Positions 1 through 10,127 of a DNA stretch of 64,000 bases are shown piece by piece. The DNA lies in assembly GCA_902613795.1 (NCBI GenBank), contig CACMIP010000004.1:25862-89861 (forward strand), read 5' to 3'. Made by a program: the position numbers and the translations under genes. The notes under the pieces were generated by a model that had not been told where the DNA came from, did no database searches, and saw nothing but the letters and a program-made list of their open reading frames with translations. The number at the start of each line of letters is the position of its first letter. The first letter of the stretch is position 1. This DNA comes from an uncultured OCS116 cluster bacterium (GTDB taxonomy: Bacteria; Pseudomonadota; Alphaproteobacteria; Rhizobiales; TMED25).

Positions 1-783
1 TCCGAAAGATATATAAAAGTTGATAAAGAGCTTGAGGAATACCTGCTAGAGTCTGGGCTCGATAATGCAGTATACGTGAGTGGCACAGGGGCAGAACACA
101 GCGCAAATGATCTAAAAGAAATACTTAAAATATCAAGTGTATTAAATGGAATAATTGGACAAATAAGCAGTAAATATCCAAAGTTTATAATTGAAGAATG
201 TGCAATTGCTGGCGCATTAGACCATAAATTATATGATAATAGCGAATATGCCACAGAGACAGCAAGCTACATAACAAAACGACTAAATAGTAGATTCAGA
301 ATTGATCAATCTGCTAATAATTGGACAGGAAAAGCAAATGAAATAAATGATTTGATCTTTGAAAGAGAAAATCGAGGAGTAAACGAGATTTACACGATTG
401 ATAGGCAGTTTATGCACTCTTCCGATGCAATTGCTTTAAATGAGTTATCATCTAAGCTTCAGGAAATTTATCTAAAGCCGGGGCGGCTGAAGCTTAAAGA
501 CAGTGAAAAGATAGTCCATACCCCCACTGAGCTATTTGAGATGGTCCTCGCAAATGGAAGAAAAGGTACTTCAATCCAGAGATACAAAGGTCTGGGTGAG
601 ATGAACCCTGATCAACTTTGGGAAACAACCTTAGATCCTGACATGAGGACTCTATTACAGGTAAAAGTAAAAGAGGCTGATGAAGCAAGTAATCTATTTA
701 CTAGGCTAATGGGTGATGAGGTCGAACCTAGACGTGAGTTTATACAGGAGAACGCTTTGAGAGTTTCTAATCTTGATATTTGA
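1..783 (+). CDS. gyrB: DNA gyrase subunit B, C-terminal part (5' truncated by window)
   Basis: Frame is open from base 1; [22 protein letters not shown] and [23 protein letters not shown]-terminal motifs. Confidence 0.97.
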   Translation, partial: SERYIKVDKELEEYLLESGLDNAVYVSGTGAEHSANDLKEILKISSVLNGIIGQISSKYPKFIIEECAIAGALDHKLYDNSEYATETASYITKRLNSRFRIDQSANNWTGKANEINDLIFERENRGVNEIYTIDRQFMHSSDAIALNELSSKLQEIYLKPGRLKLKDSEKIVHTPTELFEMVLANGRKGTSIQRYKGLGEMNPDQLWETTLDPDMRTLLQVKVKEADEASNLFTRLMGDEVEPRREFIQENALRVSNLDI

Positions 784-799
784 TTATTAACCAATCAAC

Positions 800-1993
800 T
801 TACAGTTGAATATATCCCATCTTGAAACTGTGCATTCTAACCGACTTATCTTTTTGTATATGAACTAACTCTCCAGTCTGAATACCAGCTTTATGGTCAT
901 TCGTAATGACATTGGGCTGTATAACAACCGTCATATTTTCTTTAAATTTGAATTCCTCATAACTACTTGCCGGACGGCTTTTTGTTCCGAGTACTGGGTC
1001 TAAATAGCCACCCCCATAACCATGAATTAAGTCATCCCAAATTGAAAAACTACCATCTTCAATTTTTGATGAGACTGCATTAATTTCTTCAATTGTAGTC
1101 CCATCTTTCAGAATTGAAAAAATTGTACTGAAGACCTCATCGCCTACAGCGTGTAACTCACTATATAGTGGAGTCATTTTCTTAAAGCCGATAGTTCTGA
1201 GTACTTGTCCAGGATAATTCCAAAAGTGGGAGCTTATCTCAGTCGTTATTATATCATTTTCTGTAATATTTTTATTTGATGTATATTGATAAGGAACACA
1301 ATTTTCTGGACTATCCATATCGGTAATTCCAAAGAAATTGATTATTTTGTGACCTCCATGCTTTAAATAACCGCACTGCGTTATCTGAGACATCTCGTGT
1401 TCATTGAGGCCCGGCTTTATGTTTGAGACAATATTATTTATACCCTCGTCTGTGAGTGCAGAAGCAATTTTCATCCAAGATATTTCCTCATTACTTTTTA
1501 TTGACCTCATCAAATTATAGTCTTTGGAGATATCAATGATTCTTATATTTTTTTGCTGAAGCTGGGCTATATAGCTGTATGGTAATCTCCCAATTATTCC
1601 TATAGTATCATTTTGACCGAGGTCATTTATCATTTCAGGTAATATTTTATTTGCGAGTTGTCTTTGCCCCCAAAATAGTTTTGTTCTATTATTGATAAGC
1701 TTCTCAGCCATTGGGAGGTGATTGTAATGTTCTACGTACAAATTTAAATTTTCATTTTCTCTAATCTCAACAAGAGCTTCTTGTGTTGTATGCCATCCAG
1801 TAAAATATTGTACAGCATTACCTGAGCCAAGTGCTTCATATATGATAACTTTATCTAATTTTTTTTGTTTGATGACAGTCTCAATAAGGGAAAATCTTCT
1901 TTGATATTCTGCCTCACTAAAAACAGGGTATTTCTCATTTAAAATTGCTTTACATGTATCATTAAGATCATTAATGAATTGAGCATTATTCAT
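800..1993 (-). CDS. M24 (pita-bread) family protein, Xaa-Pro peptidase/creatinase-like, non-canonical metal site
   Basis: FSEAEYQRR N-terminus, RSIKSNEEI linker, HGYG, ENMTVVIQPN motifs. Confidence 0.75.
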   Translation of the reverse strand: MNNAQFINDLNDTCKAILNEKYPVFSEAEYQRRFSLIETVIKQKKLDKVIIYEALGSGNAVQYFTGWHTTQEALVEIRENENLNLYVEHYNHLPMAEKLINNRTKLFWGQRQLANKILPEMINDLGQNDTIGIIGRLPYSYIAQLQQKNIRIIDISKDYNLMRSIKSNEEISWMKIASALTDEGINNIVSNIKPGLNEHEMSQITQCGYLKHGGHKIINFFGITDMDSPENCVPYQYTSNKNITENDIITTEISSHFWNYPGQVLRTIGFKKMTPLYSELHAVGDEVFSTIFSILKDGTTIEEINAVSSKIEDGSFSIWDDLIHGYGGGYLDPVLGTKSRPASSYEEFKFKENMTVVIQPNVITNDHKAGIQTGELVHIQKDKSVRMHSFKMGYIQL

Positions 1994-2034
1994 AACTACA
2001 CCAATATATCCCTATCAATATTTTAAAACTCTAG

Positions 2035-2955
2035 CTAGGATAATCCATATAAAAGTTTGCCCGCAACCGGTAATGAAGCCCTCATTATCCTTCCATTCAT
2101 TGAGTCGGTTATATAGAGCGTTTTTCTATCTGGACCACCAAATGCCGTATTTGTCATCAAACTATGATTATCCGTATAAATAAGGTGTGTTGGCAGACAA
2201 TTACTATCAAATCTCCAAACACCAACCCCTAAGTGATTTACAATCATTCCGTCTTCGGAATCCATTTCAAGTCCATCTGGTCCAGCATGCCCCCCAGATA
2301 ACTGTATTGCGACACCGCTTTTGCTCACACTGTTATCTGCCATTAGAGGCAGTCGCCATATTTGTTGAGACCTTGTAATAGCTACATATACTTGATTTTC
2401 GGAATTATTCACCGTTATACCATTTGGGCTAGGTGCGTTTGTCACAAGTTTATGTAATTCACCACTTGCAGTTAGCCTAAATACCCTACCGGTTGGATCT
2501 ATTATTCCCGTCTGACCTTGGTCAGTAAAATAAAGATCTCCGTTTGATGTAAAGTGAAGATCATTTAGGCCTTTAAATCCCTCTGAATACATAGTCTCTA
2601 TTATTGGCTCAATCGATCCTGAGTTTACGTCTAATTTCATTAAGCCTTGTTTATAGCAGGCAATATAAGCGGAGCCATCTTTATGGAATTTTAATCCGTT
2701 TGGCCAACCATCATATTCACAAACAATATCCCATTCACCGTCTGGAGATATCTTAAAAATTCTACCGAAAGGAATATCTGTTACATACAAATTACCCTTT
2801 CTGTCAAAAGAGGGGCCTTCAAGAAATTGATTCACTTTTGCACCTTGTCTATTTGGGTTTGACCATGCCGTTTGTCTTGTATCCCTGTATTTTTCTGGTA
2901 GTTCAGTGAATACCTCAGCTTTTATAAGTTCTGGTTGATTAAAAGGATTTAGCAT
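2035..2955 (-). CDS. SMP-30/gluconolactonase/LRE family protein
   Basis: FLEGPSFD, PNGL, NDL..LYFTD, GPDG, FGGPDRKTLYIT motifs. Confidence 0.9.
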   Translation of the reverse strand: MLNPFNQPELIKAEVFTELPEKYRDTRQTAWSNPNRQGAKVNQFLEGPSFDRKGNLYVTDIPFGRIFKISPDGEWDIVCEYDGWPNGLKFHKDGSAYIACYKQGLMKLDVNSGSIEPIIETMYSEGFKGLNDLHFTSNGDLYFTDQGQTGIIDPTGRVFRLTASGELHKLVTNAPSPNGITVNNSENQVYVAITRSQQIWRLPLMADNSVSKSGVAIQLSGGHAGPDGLEMDSEDGMIVNHLGVGVWRFDSNCLPTHLIYTDNHSLMTNTAFGGPDRKTLYITDSMNGRIMRASLPVAGKLLYGLS

Positions 2956-3091
2956 TGAATTTCCTCACAGTAAGTTATCTTGAGTTGAACATATAAAGTA
3001 CCATATAAAATATTTTTCATTAAACATAGATTTTTTTTTATTCATATATTAAATAGTATAGATAATTATTTTTATTTTTTATGTATAAACC

Positions 3092-3529
3092 ATGATTAAT
3101 GATGATATTGAGATGGATCATTCCAATTTTAGCGTAGACCATATTGCACACGCAGTTCCTAATATTGAAGATGCGATAAGTCAATATAAAACAGTTTTTG
3201 GCGCTAAAGTATCTGATATCAAAATAATAGAAAAGCAAGACATTAAGATTGCGATGGTATCTTTTGCAAATTTAAAGATTGAGCTCATGGAACCCTTGAG
3301 TGATAAATCCCCTATTGCTAATTATTTACGAAAAAATCCAAAAGGTGGATTACACCATTATTGTCTTGCCGTTGGGGATCTCAACCAGGCGTATGGAGAC
3401 CAAAAAGAAAAGAAAATCAATATATTATCAGAACCAACAACAGGTTATCATGGAAGAAATTTATATTTTATTCACCCAAGTGAGGTTTGCGGTGCACTGA
3501 TTGAGGTTGAAGAGCATGAAAAAGAATGA
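3092..3529 (+). CDS. mce: methylmalonyl-CoA epimerase (VOC family)
   Basis: DHIAHAVP, IELMEPL..SPIA.YL.KNP.GGLHH, FIHP....GALIEVEE. Confidence 0.8.
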   Translation: MINDDIEMDHSNFSVDHIAHAVPNIEDAISQYKTVFGAKVSDIKIIEKQDIKIAMVSFANLKIELMEPLSDKSPIANYLRKNPKGGLHHYCLAVGDLNQAYGDQKEKKINILSEPTTGYHGRNLYFIHPSEVCGALIEVEEHEKE

Positions 3530-3574
3530 TAATTTTCATTTGTCAAAAATTTAATAAAATTAGCAGAGGTAAAA

Positions 3575-4441
3575 ATGTCAAAAGCTGGTGGTGAATATAA
3601 AGAAGTATTATTTGAAATTAGAAACAAAGTTGCATGGATTTCAATAAATAGACCTGAAGTAAGAAATGCATTCCGTGAGCAGACTCTGGATGAGTTAACT
3701 GACGCTGTTCTATCTACACGTAACGATCCATCAATCGTGTGTGTTGTGATTAATGGGGTCGGTGATAAGGCTTTCTCTGCAGGTGGTGATTTTCATGCAA
3801 TGATGAGATTAGATTGGATCAACGCAGCGCACTGGAATGACCGCATGTTAGCGCTAGCAATGGCTATTAGAGGCCTACCAATACCAGTAGTTGCATCTGT
3901 TCATGGCTATTGCATGGGTGGTGGTCACGAGCTTGCACTATGGTGTGATTTGGTTATTGCTGCGGATGACGCAATATTTGGCCAAAGCGGTGCGGTAGTA
4001 GGGGCTTGTCCTACTGTTGGGGCAACTCAATATCTTCCACAACTAATTGGTTCAAGGTTAGCAAAAGAAATGATTTTTATGGCGAGACGATTCACTGCAG
4101 AAGAAGCTGTAAGCATCGGATTAATCAATAAAGTGGTTCCAAAAGATAAGTTAGACGAAGAAACCCAAAAGTGGTGCGAGGGGCTTATTGAGAGAAGTGG
4201 TCAGACCATAAGACAGACAAAGAAATCACTCAATCATGACTCTGATACATTATATGCAAGTTGGCAGCATGGTATGGAACTTCTCGCTCATGTGTGGGGT
4301 TCTGAAGAGTCTCTTGAAGGTATGAATGCATTTCTCGAAAAAAGGAAACCCGACTTTCAGCAGTTCCGTGAAAGAAGAAAAGAAAATGTTGAGGCATACC
4401 TTGATGGACTTGATAATGATGAAAACGAGAGACCTAACTAG
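3575..4441 (+). CDS. crotonase-family enzyme, BadI/MenB-like (2-ketocyclohexanecarboxyl-CoA hydrolase-like)
   Basis: INRPEVRNAFR, AFSAGGD, GGGHEL..WCDL.IA.D.A.FGQ.G..VG, EGMNAFLEKRKPDF. Confidence 0.8.
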   Translation: MSKAGGEYKEVLFEIRNKVAWISINRPEVRNAFREQTLDELTDAVLSTRNDPSIVCVVINGVGDKAFSAGGDFHAMMRLDWINAAHWNDRMLALAMAIRGLPIPVVASVHGYCMGGGHELALWCDLVIAADDAIFGQSGAVVGACPTVGATQYLPQLIGSRLAKEMIFMARRFTAEEAVSIGLINKVVPKDKLDEETQKWCEGLIERSGQTIRQTKKSLNHDSDTLYASWQHGMELLAHVWGSEESLEGMNAFLEKRKPDFQQFRERRKENVEAYLDGLDNDENERPN

Positions 4442-4458
4442 CGAAAAAAGGACAATTT

Positions 4459-5658
4459 ATGGCTAAAAAAGAACAGGGCCCTCTAACTGGCATTAAGGTG
4501 CTAGACTTAAGCAGAATATTGGCGGGTCCATTTTGTACTATGAATCTTGGAGATATGGGTGCAGAAATCATCAAGATTGAGCAACCCGGAAAAGGTGATG
4601 ACACAAGAGCGTGGGGCCCTCCATTTGCAGGGAGTGAAGCTGCATATTTCCTCGGTATTAACAGAAATAAAAAAAGTGTAACATTAAACTTAAAATCTGA
4701 GGAAGGTATCGACATCCTTAAACGACTACTCAAGGAAGCTGACGTTCTAATAGAAAATTTTAAGTATGGCACAATGGATAGCTATGGGATCAGTGACGAA
4801 TGGAGAGAGAAAGAAGCACCTCAGCTCATACATTGTCAGATTACAGGATATGGTGGTAGAGGTCCAAGAGGTAAAAGACCAGGGTATGACTTTCTGCTTC
4901 AAGCTGAAAGTGGGCTAATGAGTATCACAGGTGAAGAAAATGGAGAACCGATGAAAGTTGGTGTTGCATTAGTCGATATATGTACAGGGATGAATGCAAC
5001 AATATCTATTTTGGGAGCATTAAATTCCAGATACAACACTGGTAAAGGGCAAAAAGTAGAGACCAGCTTGTACACAACCAGCATTTCGATGTTAGTTAAT
5101 GTCGCGGCTAATCACCTTGTTAGCGGTAAGCCAGCAAGACGATTTGGAAATGGGCATCCAAATATCGTGCCCTACAGGACTTTTGAGGCGAAAGATGGTA
5201 GTATTGCTATCGCTGTTGGAAATGATACTCAGTTTGCAAAATTTGCCGCATGTTTGAACAAAGAAGAGTGGGCAACAGATACAAGGTTCACTAAAAATGC
5301 TGATCGAGTAATAAACAGACAATTAATCGATCAAGAAATACAAAATGTTATTGCAAACAAAACAGTTACAGAATGGCTTGAGAAGTTATTGAGCTCAGAC
5401 ATACCTGCAAGTGCTGTGAATTCTGTTGAAAGTGCACTGGCAGATGAACAGACTATAGCCAATGACATGGTAGTAAATATAGAACATTCAGAAGCTGGAA
5501 CACTCAAGATGTTGGGTGTCCCATATAAATTTTCTGATACACCAGCTCAGATAGATAAAGCACCACCACTTCTTGGAGAAGATAATAATGATGTCTTATC
5601 CTCCCTTGGATACGACGAAGAGTATATAAAAGACCTTCATACAAAGAACGTTATTTAA
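4459..5658 (+). CDS. family III (CaiB/BaiF) CoA-transferase
   Basis: PLTGIKVLDLSRILAGP, GDDTR.WGPPF, NRNKKS, PGYD, PPLLGE. Confidence 0.93.
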   Translation: MAKKEQGPLTGIKVLDLSRILAGPFCTMNLGDMGAEIIKIEQPGKGDDTRAWGPPFAGSEAAYFLGINRNKKSVTLNLKSEEGIDILKRLLKEADVLIENFKYGTMDSYGISDEWREKEAPQLIHCQITGYGGRGPRGKRPGYDFLLQAESGLMSITGEENGEPMKVGVALVDICTGMNATISILGALNSRYNTGKGQKVETSLYTTSISMLVNVAANHLVSGKPARRFGNGHPNIVPYRTFEAKDGSIAIAVGNDTQFAKFAACLNKEEWATDTRFTKNADRVINRQLIDQEIQNVIANKTVTEWLEKLLSSDIPASAVNSVESALADEQTIANDMVVNIEHSEAGTLKMLGVPYKFSDTPAQIDKAPPLLGEDNNDVLSSLGYDEEYIKDLHTKNVI

Positions 5659-5671
5659 AAATCAAATTTTT

Positions 5672-6565
5672 ATGATTGATAAAACTTCAACAGTACAAGA
5701 CGCAATAAAGAATAATGTAAATGCTGGAGATAATATATTTATTGGTGGCTTTGGTCACTTAATACCATTTTATCTATCCCATGAGCTAATTCGTCAAAAA
5801 ATACAAGATTTAACCATTTGCCGATCGGGAGCCGATATTTTATTTGACCAATTAATAGCATCTGAAATTGTAAAAAAAGTAATCTTTGGTTATGTTGGAA
5901 ATCCAACTGTTGGTCTGTCGCACTCATTCAGTAGAGCATACAAAAAAAAATCGATAGAAATTGAAGAGTGGACAAACCAGTCGATCATAATGAGATTACA
6001 TGCGGCAAGGATGGGTGTTAGTTTTATCCCATCAAAGATTCTTCAGATTGGTGATAAGCCAAGTAATATTCGTCATCTAAAACAAGTTACATGTCCATAC
6101 ACAGATCATAAGTTTTCAGCGATTCCTGCACTAAAGCCTGACATTGCACTCATACACGCACAAAGTGCTGATAAGTACGGAAACATTCAAATGTGGGGTA
6201 TTGATGGTGACACTGTTGAAGGGGCACTGGCATCAGATAAGATTATTGTCAGTGTAGAAAAAATTATTAGTAATTCAAAGATAAAAGAGGCACCAGAAAA
6301 AACAGTTATACCATCACACAGAGTTTCTAACATTATTGAACTTCCATGGGGTGCATACCCATCATACGTTTCGGGCTTTTATTCGAGGGATGATGATCAT
6401 TATATCGAATATGATACAACATCAAGAGATGAGGATAAACTATCTAGCTACCTTAAAAATTGGGTTCATGATGCTAGAAATATACAAGAATACAAGAAGT
6501 TAATTGGAAGTACAAAAATCAAAGAGCTTGAAGAGGGTCTGTGTGGAGTAAAAAATGAAGATTGA
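5672..6565 (+). CDS. family I CoA-transferase subunit A (glutaconate/3-oxoadipate type, GctA/CatI-like)
   Basis: GGFGHLIP, GYVGNP, CPYT, PDIALIHAQ.AD..GN, PWGAYPS...Y.RD. Confidence 0.85.
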   Translation: MIDKTSTVQDAIKNNVNAGDNIFIGGFGHLIPFYLSHELIRQKIQDLTICRSGADILFDQLIASEIVKKVIFGYVGNPTVGLSHSFSRAYKKKSIEIEEWTNQSIIMRLHAARMGVSFIPSKILQIGDKPSNIRHLKQVTCPYTDHKFSAIPALKPDIALIHAQSADKYGNIQMWGIDGDTVEGALASDKIIVSVEKIISNSKIKEAPEKTVIPSHRVSNIIELPWGAYPSYVSGFYSRDDDHYIEYDTTSRDEDKLSSYLKNWVHDARNIQEYKKLIGSTKIKELEEGLCGVKNED

Positions 6566-7295
6566 CTATAGAGAATATAGCCCTAATCAGAGGATTGCAA
6601 TAATCGCAGCATCCGAACTTGTGGGGTATAAGTCCTGTTTTGTCGGAATTGGTATCCCATCGGACGCAGCATGCTTGGCAAAACTCAGTGTCGAACCAGA
6701 GCTCAATCTTATTTATGAGTCAGGCGCAATCGGAGCTCTACCGCTGTCTAAATCTTATTCAACTGGTAGTCCATCAATCGCACATGGTGCAGATATGATA
6801 ACAGATAGTCTCTCCGTGTTTTCAGATTTGCAGGCCGGTAGAATAGATGTTGGTTTACTATCTGCAGCACAAATCGATAAATTTGGAAACTTAAATTCAA
6901 CCGTTATTGGAGACTATGATGAACCAAAAATAAGGATGGTCGGGTCGGGCGGAGCGCATGATATTGCATGTTTAATACCAAATTTAATTGTTCTGATGCC
7001 CCATGATCCGAGGCGGTTTGTTGACACTGTTGATTTTGCAACGAGCCCAGGCTCTGGAAGGGATATTAAGAAAATTAGAGACCAATTAAATTTGCCAGAA
7101 GGTCCCTCAATTCTTATAACAGATAAAGCAAAATTTATTATGTCGGACGAAGGTTGGTTGCTGCATAGTATACTTGATAGTTTTACCTTTGCAGAGGCAA
7201 CTGAAGGATTACCATGGTCTTTAAAACCTCCTATTTCCTGTCCAATTGAGACAGATCCAGCAATAATTTCTGCATTGGCGCAAATCAATTATTAA
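6555..7295 (+). CDS. family I CoA-transferase subunit B (GctB/CatJ-like)
   Basis: CFVGIGIP, LIYESG (catalytic Glu), AQIDKFGNLNST, GSGGA; overlaps subunit A. Confidence 0.85.
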   Translation: MKIDYREYSPNQRIAIIAASELVGYKSCFVGIGIPSDAACLAKLSVEPELNLIYESGAIGALPLSKSYSTGSPSIAHGADMITDSLSVFSDLQAGRIDVGLLSAAQIDKFGNLNSTVIGDYDEPKIRMVGSGGAHDIACLIPNLIVLMPHDPRRFVDTVDFATSPGSGRDIKKIRDQLNLPEGPSILITDKAKFIMSDEGWLLHSILDSFTFAEATEGLPWSLKPPISCPIETDPAIISALAQINY

Positions 7296-8655
7296 CTACT
7301 TCATTCACACTTTGAAGAGTGACATCGAGTATAGTGTCAATTTCATTATTACTGATACAGAAAGCAGGTGCGAAACCAATTGTATCACCTGCTGGCATTG
7401 CTCGAGCTAAAACACCATTTTTTGCCATCCTCGTTACTATCTCTTGAGATAATTGTCCCTGTTTTTCAAAAAATTTCCTATTTTTTTTATCTTTAACAAG
7501 CTCAATAGCAGATAGTAACCCAATCCCTCTTACATCACCTATTTGAGGGTGATCTTGAAATTTCTCTTTTAGTTTGAAATTAAAGTATTCGGATATATCC
7601 TTACCTTTTTTAATAAGTTGATGATTATCTATATGATTTAAATTCGCGACTCCAGCTGCGCAAGATATTGGGTGGGCAGAATAGGTTGAACCATGTGTCC
7701 AAACACCGTATTTATCGGTTGCATCCCTAATTACATTGGATATTTTTTCTGATAATATAGAACCTGATAGGGGAGAGTATGCCGAGGTAATTCCTTTGGC
7801 GACAGTGATCATATCAGCTTCGATCCCAAAATAATCAACACCAAACATTTTTCCTAGTCTGCCAAAGCCGGTCACAACCTCATCTGATATAAGCGCAACA
7901 TCGTATTTCTCTAAGACATTTCTAAGTCTTGGCCAGTAATTCTGTGGTGGAGGTACTAGTCCACCATTTCCAATAACAGGCTCAGCAATAAACCCAGCTA
8001 CAGTATCTGGATTTTCTTTTAAAATTAGCTCTTCGAGCTGGTCCGCGCAGAATTTGGAATATTCATCTTCTGTTTGATCTAAATCAGCTCTGTGGAAATA
8101 AAATGCAGGCTCCGTATGAAGTATTCCCTCGATAGGTAGATCGTAATTGGTATGATATGTTTTTATACCTGTGAGGCTACCTGTAAAAATACTTGCTCCG
8201 TGGTATCCACCCCTCCTCGATATTATTTTCTTTTTCTTCGTGTGACCGATAAGATTGTTGTAATACCACAATAATTTTATGTTAGTGTCATTAGCGTCAG
8301 AGCCAGACAAACCAAAATATATTTTTTTCATGTTATTCGGTGCCCTCTCAATAACCATGTCAGATAATTTGATTGAAGCCTGAGTAGCATTTCCATAATA
8401 ACAATGATAATATGCAAGCTCTTCTGCTTGTTTTTTAATCGCGTCAATAATATCTGTACAGCCATAACCAACATTTACACAATACAGTCCAGAAAAAGCG
8501 TCTATGAATGAGTTACCTTGGGCATCTATTATCTCTACACCCTTTGCAGTTTTCATTATTCTATTATCGATTTCACCGCGTTCAAATTTTGCGAGATGAG
8601 TCATAGGGTGGATTAAATATTCTCTATCTATTTTTTCGTATTCGTTTAAATTCAT
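7285..8655 (-). CDS. class III PLP aminotransferase (omega-amino acid type)
   Basis: DAFSGLYCVNVGYG, SGSDAND, YHG, FIAEPV, DEVVTGFGRLG, TVAKGIT; start placed at MNLNEY rather than the ORF-track start 8709. Confidence 0.92.
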   Translation of the reverse strand: MNLNEYEKIDREYLIHPMTHLAKFERGEIDNRIMKTAKGVEIIDAQGNSFIDAFSGLYCVNVGYGCTDIIDAIKKQAEELAYYHCYYGNATQASIKLSDMVIERAPNNMKKIYFGLSGSDANDTNIKLLWYYNNLIGHTKKKKIISRRGGYHGASIFTGSLTGIKTYHTNYDLPIEGILHTEPAFYFHRADLDQTEDEYSKFCADQLEELILKENPDTVAGFIAEPVIGNGGLVPPPQNYWPRLRNVLEKYDVALISDEVVTGFGRLGKMFGVDYFGIEADMITVAKGITSAYSPLSGSILSEKISNVIRDATDKYGVWTHGSTYSAHPISCAAGVANLNHIDNHQLIKKGKDISEYFNFKLKEKFQDHPQIGDVRGIGLLSAIELVKDKKNRKFFEKQGQLSQEIVTRMAKNGVLARAMPAGDTIGFAPAFCISNNEIDTILDVTLQSVNEVVNN

Positions 8656-8738
8656 TGTTATGTTATTATTGTAGTGAAAATTACACTTTAATACGTATGT
8701 GTAAATCATTCAATATTTGATAATGAAATTAAAGGAAT

Positions 8739-9074
8739 ATGATTATGAGTTTTTTTGAAAAAATGAAGGTGGCAAGAGAAAATAAAGATCATCTTGCATT
8801 CGGTGAGTTGCTATCTGAAAATTATACATTTGTCAGACATCAGACTGGAACAACGATGAATAAAGAAGAAACCCTAGCAATGATTCAGGGATTTTTTAAC
8901 AGTGACGCTTTCAATGTTGAAAGTCACAGATGCGTTTATGAGAATGATGATATTCTTGTAGAACACATGGTAATAGCTTTCCCTGATAATACGAAAGAAG
9001 CTGTATTAGCGGCATACACCAAAAAAGATGGGAAATTTGTTCAATGTGAAACTGGAGCAACAAAGATTGGATAA
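8739..9074 (+). CDS. NTF2/SnoaL-like protein
   Basis: 111 aa; F.FVRHQ, RC.YENDDILVEH, ETGAT pattern; RBS aaggaa. Confidence 0.6.
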   Translation: MIMSFFEKMKVARENKDHLAFGELLSENYTFVRHQTGTTMNKEETLAMIQGFFNSDAFNVESHRCVYENDDILVEHMVIAFPDNTKEAVLAAYTKKDGKFVQCETGATKIG

Positions 9075-9079
9075 GTATA

Positions 9080-9177
9080 GTGTGGGTAAGTGAAATCAAC
9101 CTTTAGGGATTAATAGGGATATGTTGATATAGTATGTAAGATGAGGTTTGGTTATACTAACTATCATCTACCCACAC
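9080..9177. ncRNA. candidate structured intergenic RNA (three-stem junction)
   Basis: GTGTGGGTA(9080-88)/TACCCACAC(9169-77), ATCAAC(9095-9100)/GTTGAT(9123-28), TAGTAT(9130-35)/ATACTA(9154-59) between convergent genes. Confidence 0.35.
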
Positions 9178-9215
9178 ACAATGAAAACGGTATGGTTTTA
9201 TCTTTGGATCACTTT

Positions 9216-10034
9216 TTATATATTTTTTCCTTCACCATGCACGTGTTTTTCAATATGTCTTGATGGTGACTGACCATTTATATCTACACCCATTGGTGAC
9301 CAAGTACAAACATTGGTTGTTTTTGTCCAAACTGTTTTATTTTCACCAGGTACAAAAAATTCTACAAAATCGCAGTTTTTTTCATTTGTATAAAACCAAT
9401 GTGGTTCGTTCTCAAAATTATATAAAACATCATACTTTTCAAGTTTTGTCTCTATGCCATCGAGAACTGCTATGACTTCACCCTCAGTAATTAGCTGGTA
9501 GTGCTCTGCCCCAACATGATAATGCTCAGGACAGGATGTGTTTTTTGGGTATATTATTAATTCACCTTTCACTGAGTCTGTGCCAGCAAGGAGCTCTGAT
9601 AATAAATATACCCTCTTTCTATCATCATGCTCGGATTTTAGAATTGGCTCATTCCCCCAATTAATTATGTTAATTTGTGAGTCAAAGGCATCAGAAGCAT
9701 TGCTTTCAAATATTTTATAATTATTTATTTTTGTTATTGCTAACTCCGTATCTCCGGACGTACTTAGTTGAATTCCCCTTTTGCCCTTTATAAATACAAT
9801 CTGATCTTTATTTAAGTCACCGTCAGATATCTTTATACCTCCCGATAATATTTGTATCCAGCTAATGTTGCTATCTTTGTTTAAGTAATCTAGTTGTACT
9901 TCATTTGAAAGTTTATAATAATCAATTGTTATTCTGCTATCATCAAGATCGTCTTTTCGTAATAAATTCTTACAAAGGATATCTTGGTCTATCTCAATGT
10001 ATTCAGCATCATCAAATTTTTTTACAATTGGCAT
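9216..10034 (-). CDS. cupin-domain protein (probably bicupin)
   Basis: PEHYHVGAEH....EG and ENEPHWF metal-binding cupin motifs in the C-terminal half. Confidence 0.75.
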   Translation of the reverse strand: MPIVKKFDDAEYIEIDQDILCKNLLRKDDLDDSRITIDYYKLSNEVQLDYLNKDSNISWIQILSGGIKISDGDLNKDQIVFIKGKRGIQLSTSGDTELAITKINNYKIFESNASDAFDSQINIINWGNEPILKSEHDDRKRVYLLSELLAGTDSVKGELIIYPKNTSCPEHYHVGAEHYQLITEGEVIAVLDGIETKLEKYDVLYNFENEPHWFYTNEKNCDFVEFFVPGENKTVWTKTTNVCTWSPMGVDINGQSPSRHIEKHVHGEGKNI

Positions 10035-10127
10035 TTTTTTGTCCTGTTTGCATACATTTAATTATGAGGATATAATTTTTATTTAGCCTAGTAAACTGTT
10101 TTAATATGCCTATATGAATATACGAAT

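Noticed and set aside
2987-3001. GAAC-ATATAAA-GTAC, a LexA-box-like variant between the lactonase and mce
   Set aside because: The flanking genes are not SOS-type and such a match can arise by chance in AT-rich DNA; not supported without conservation data.
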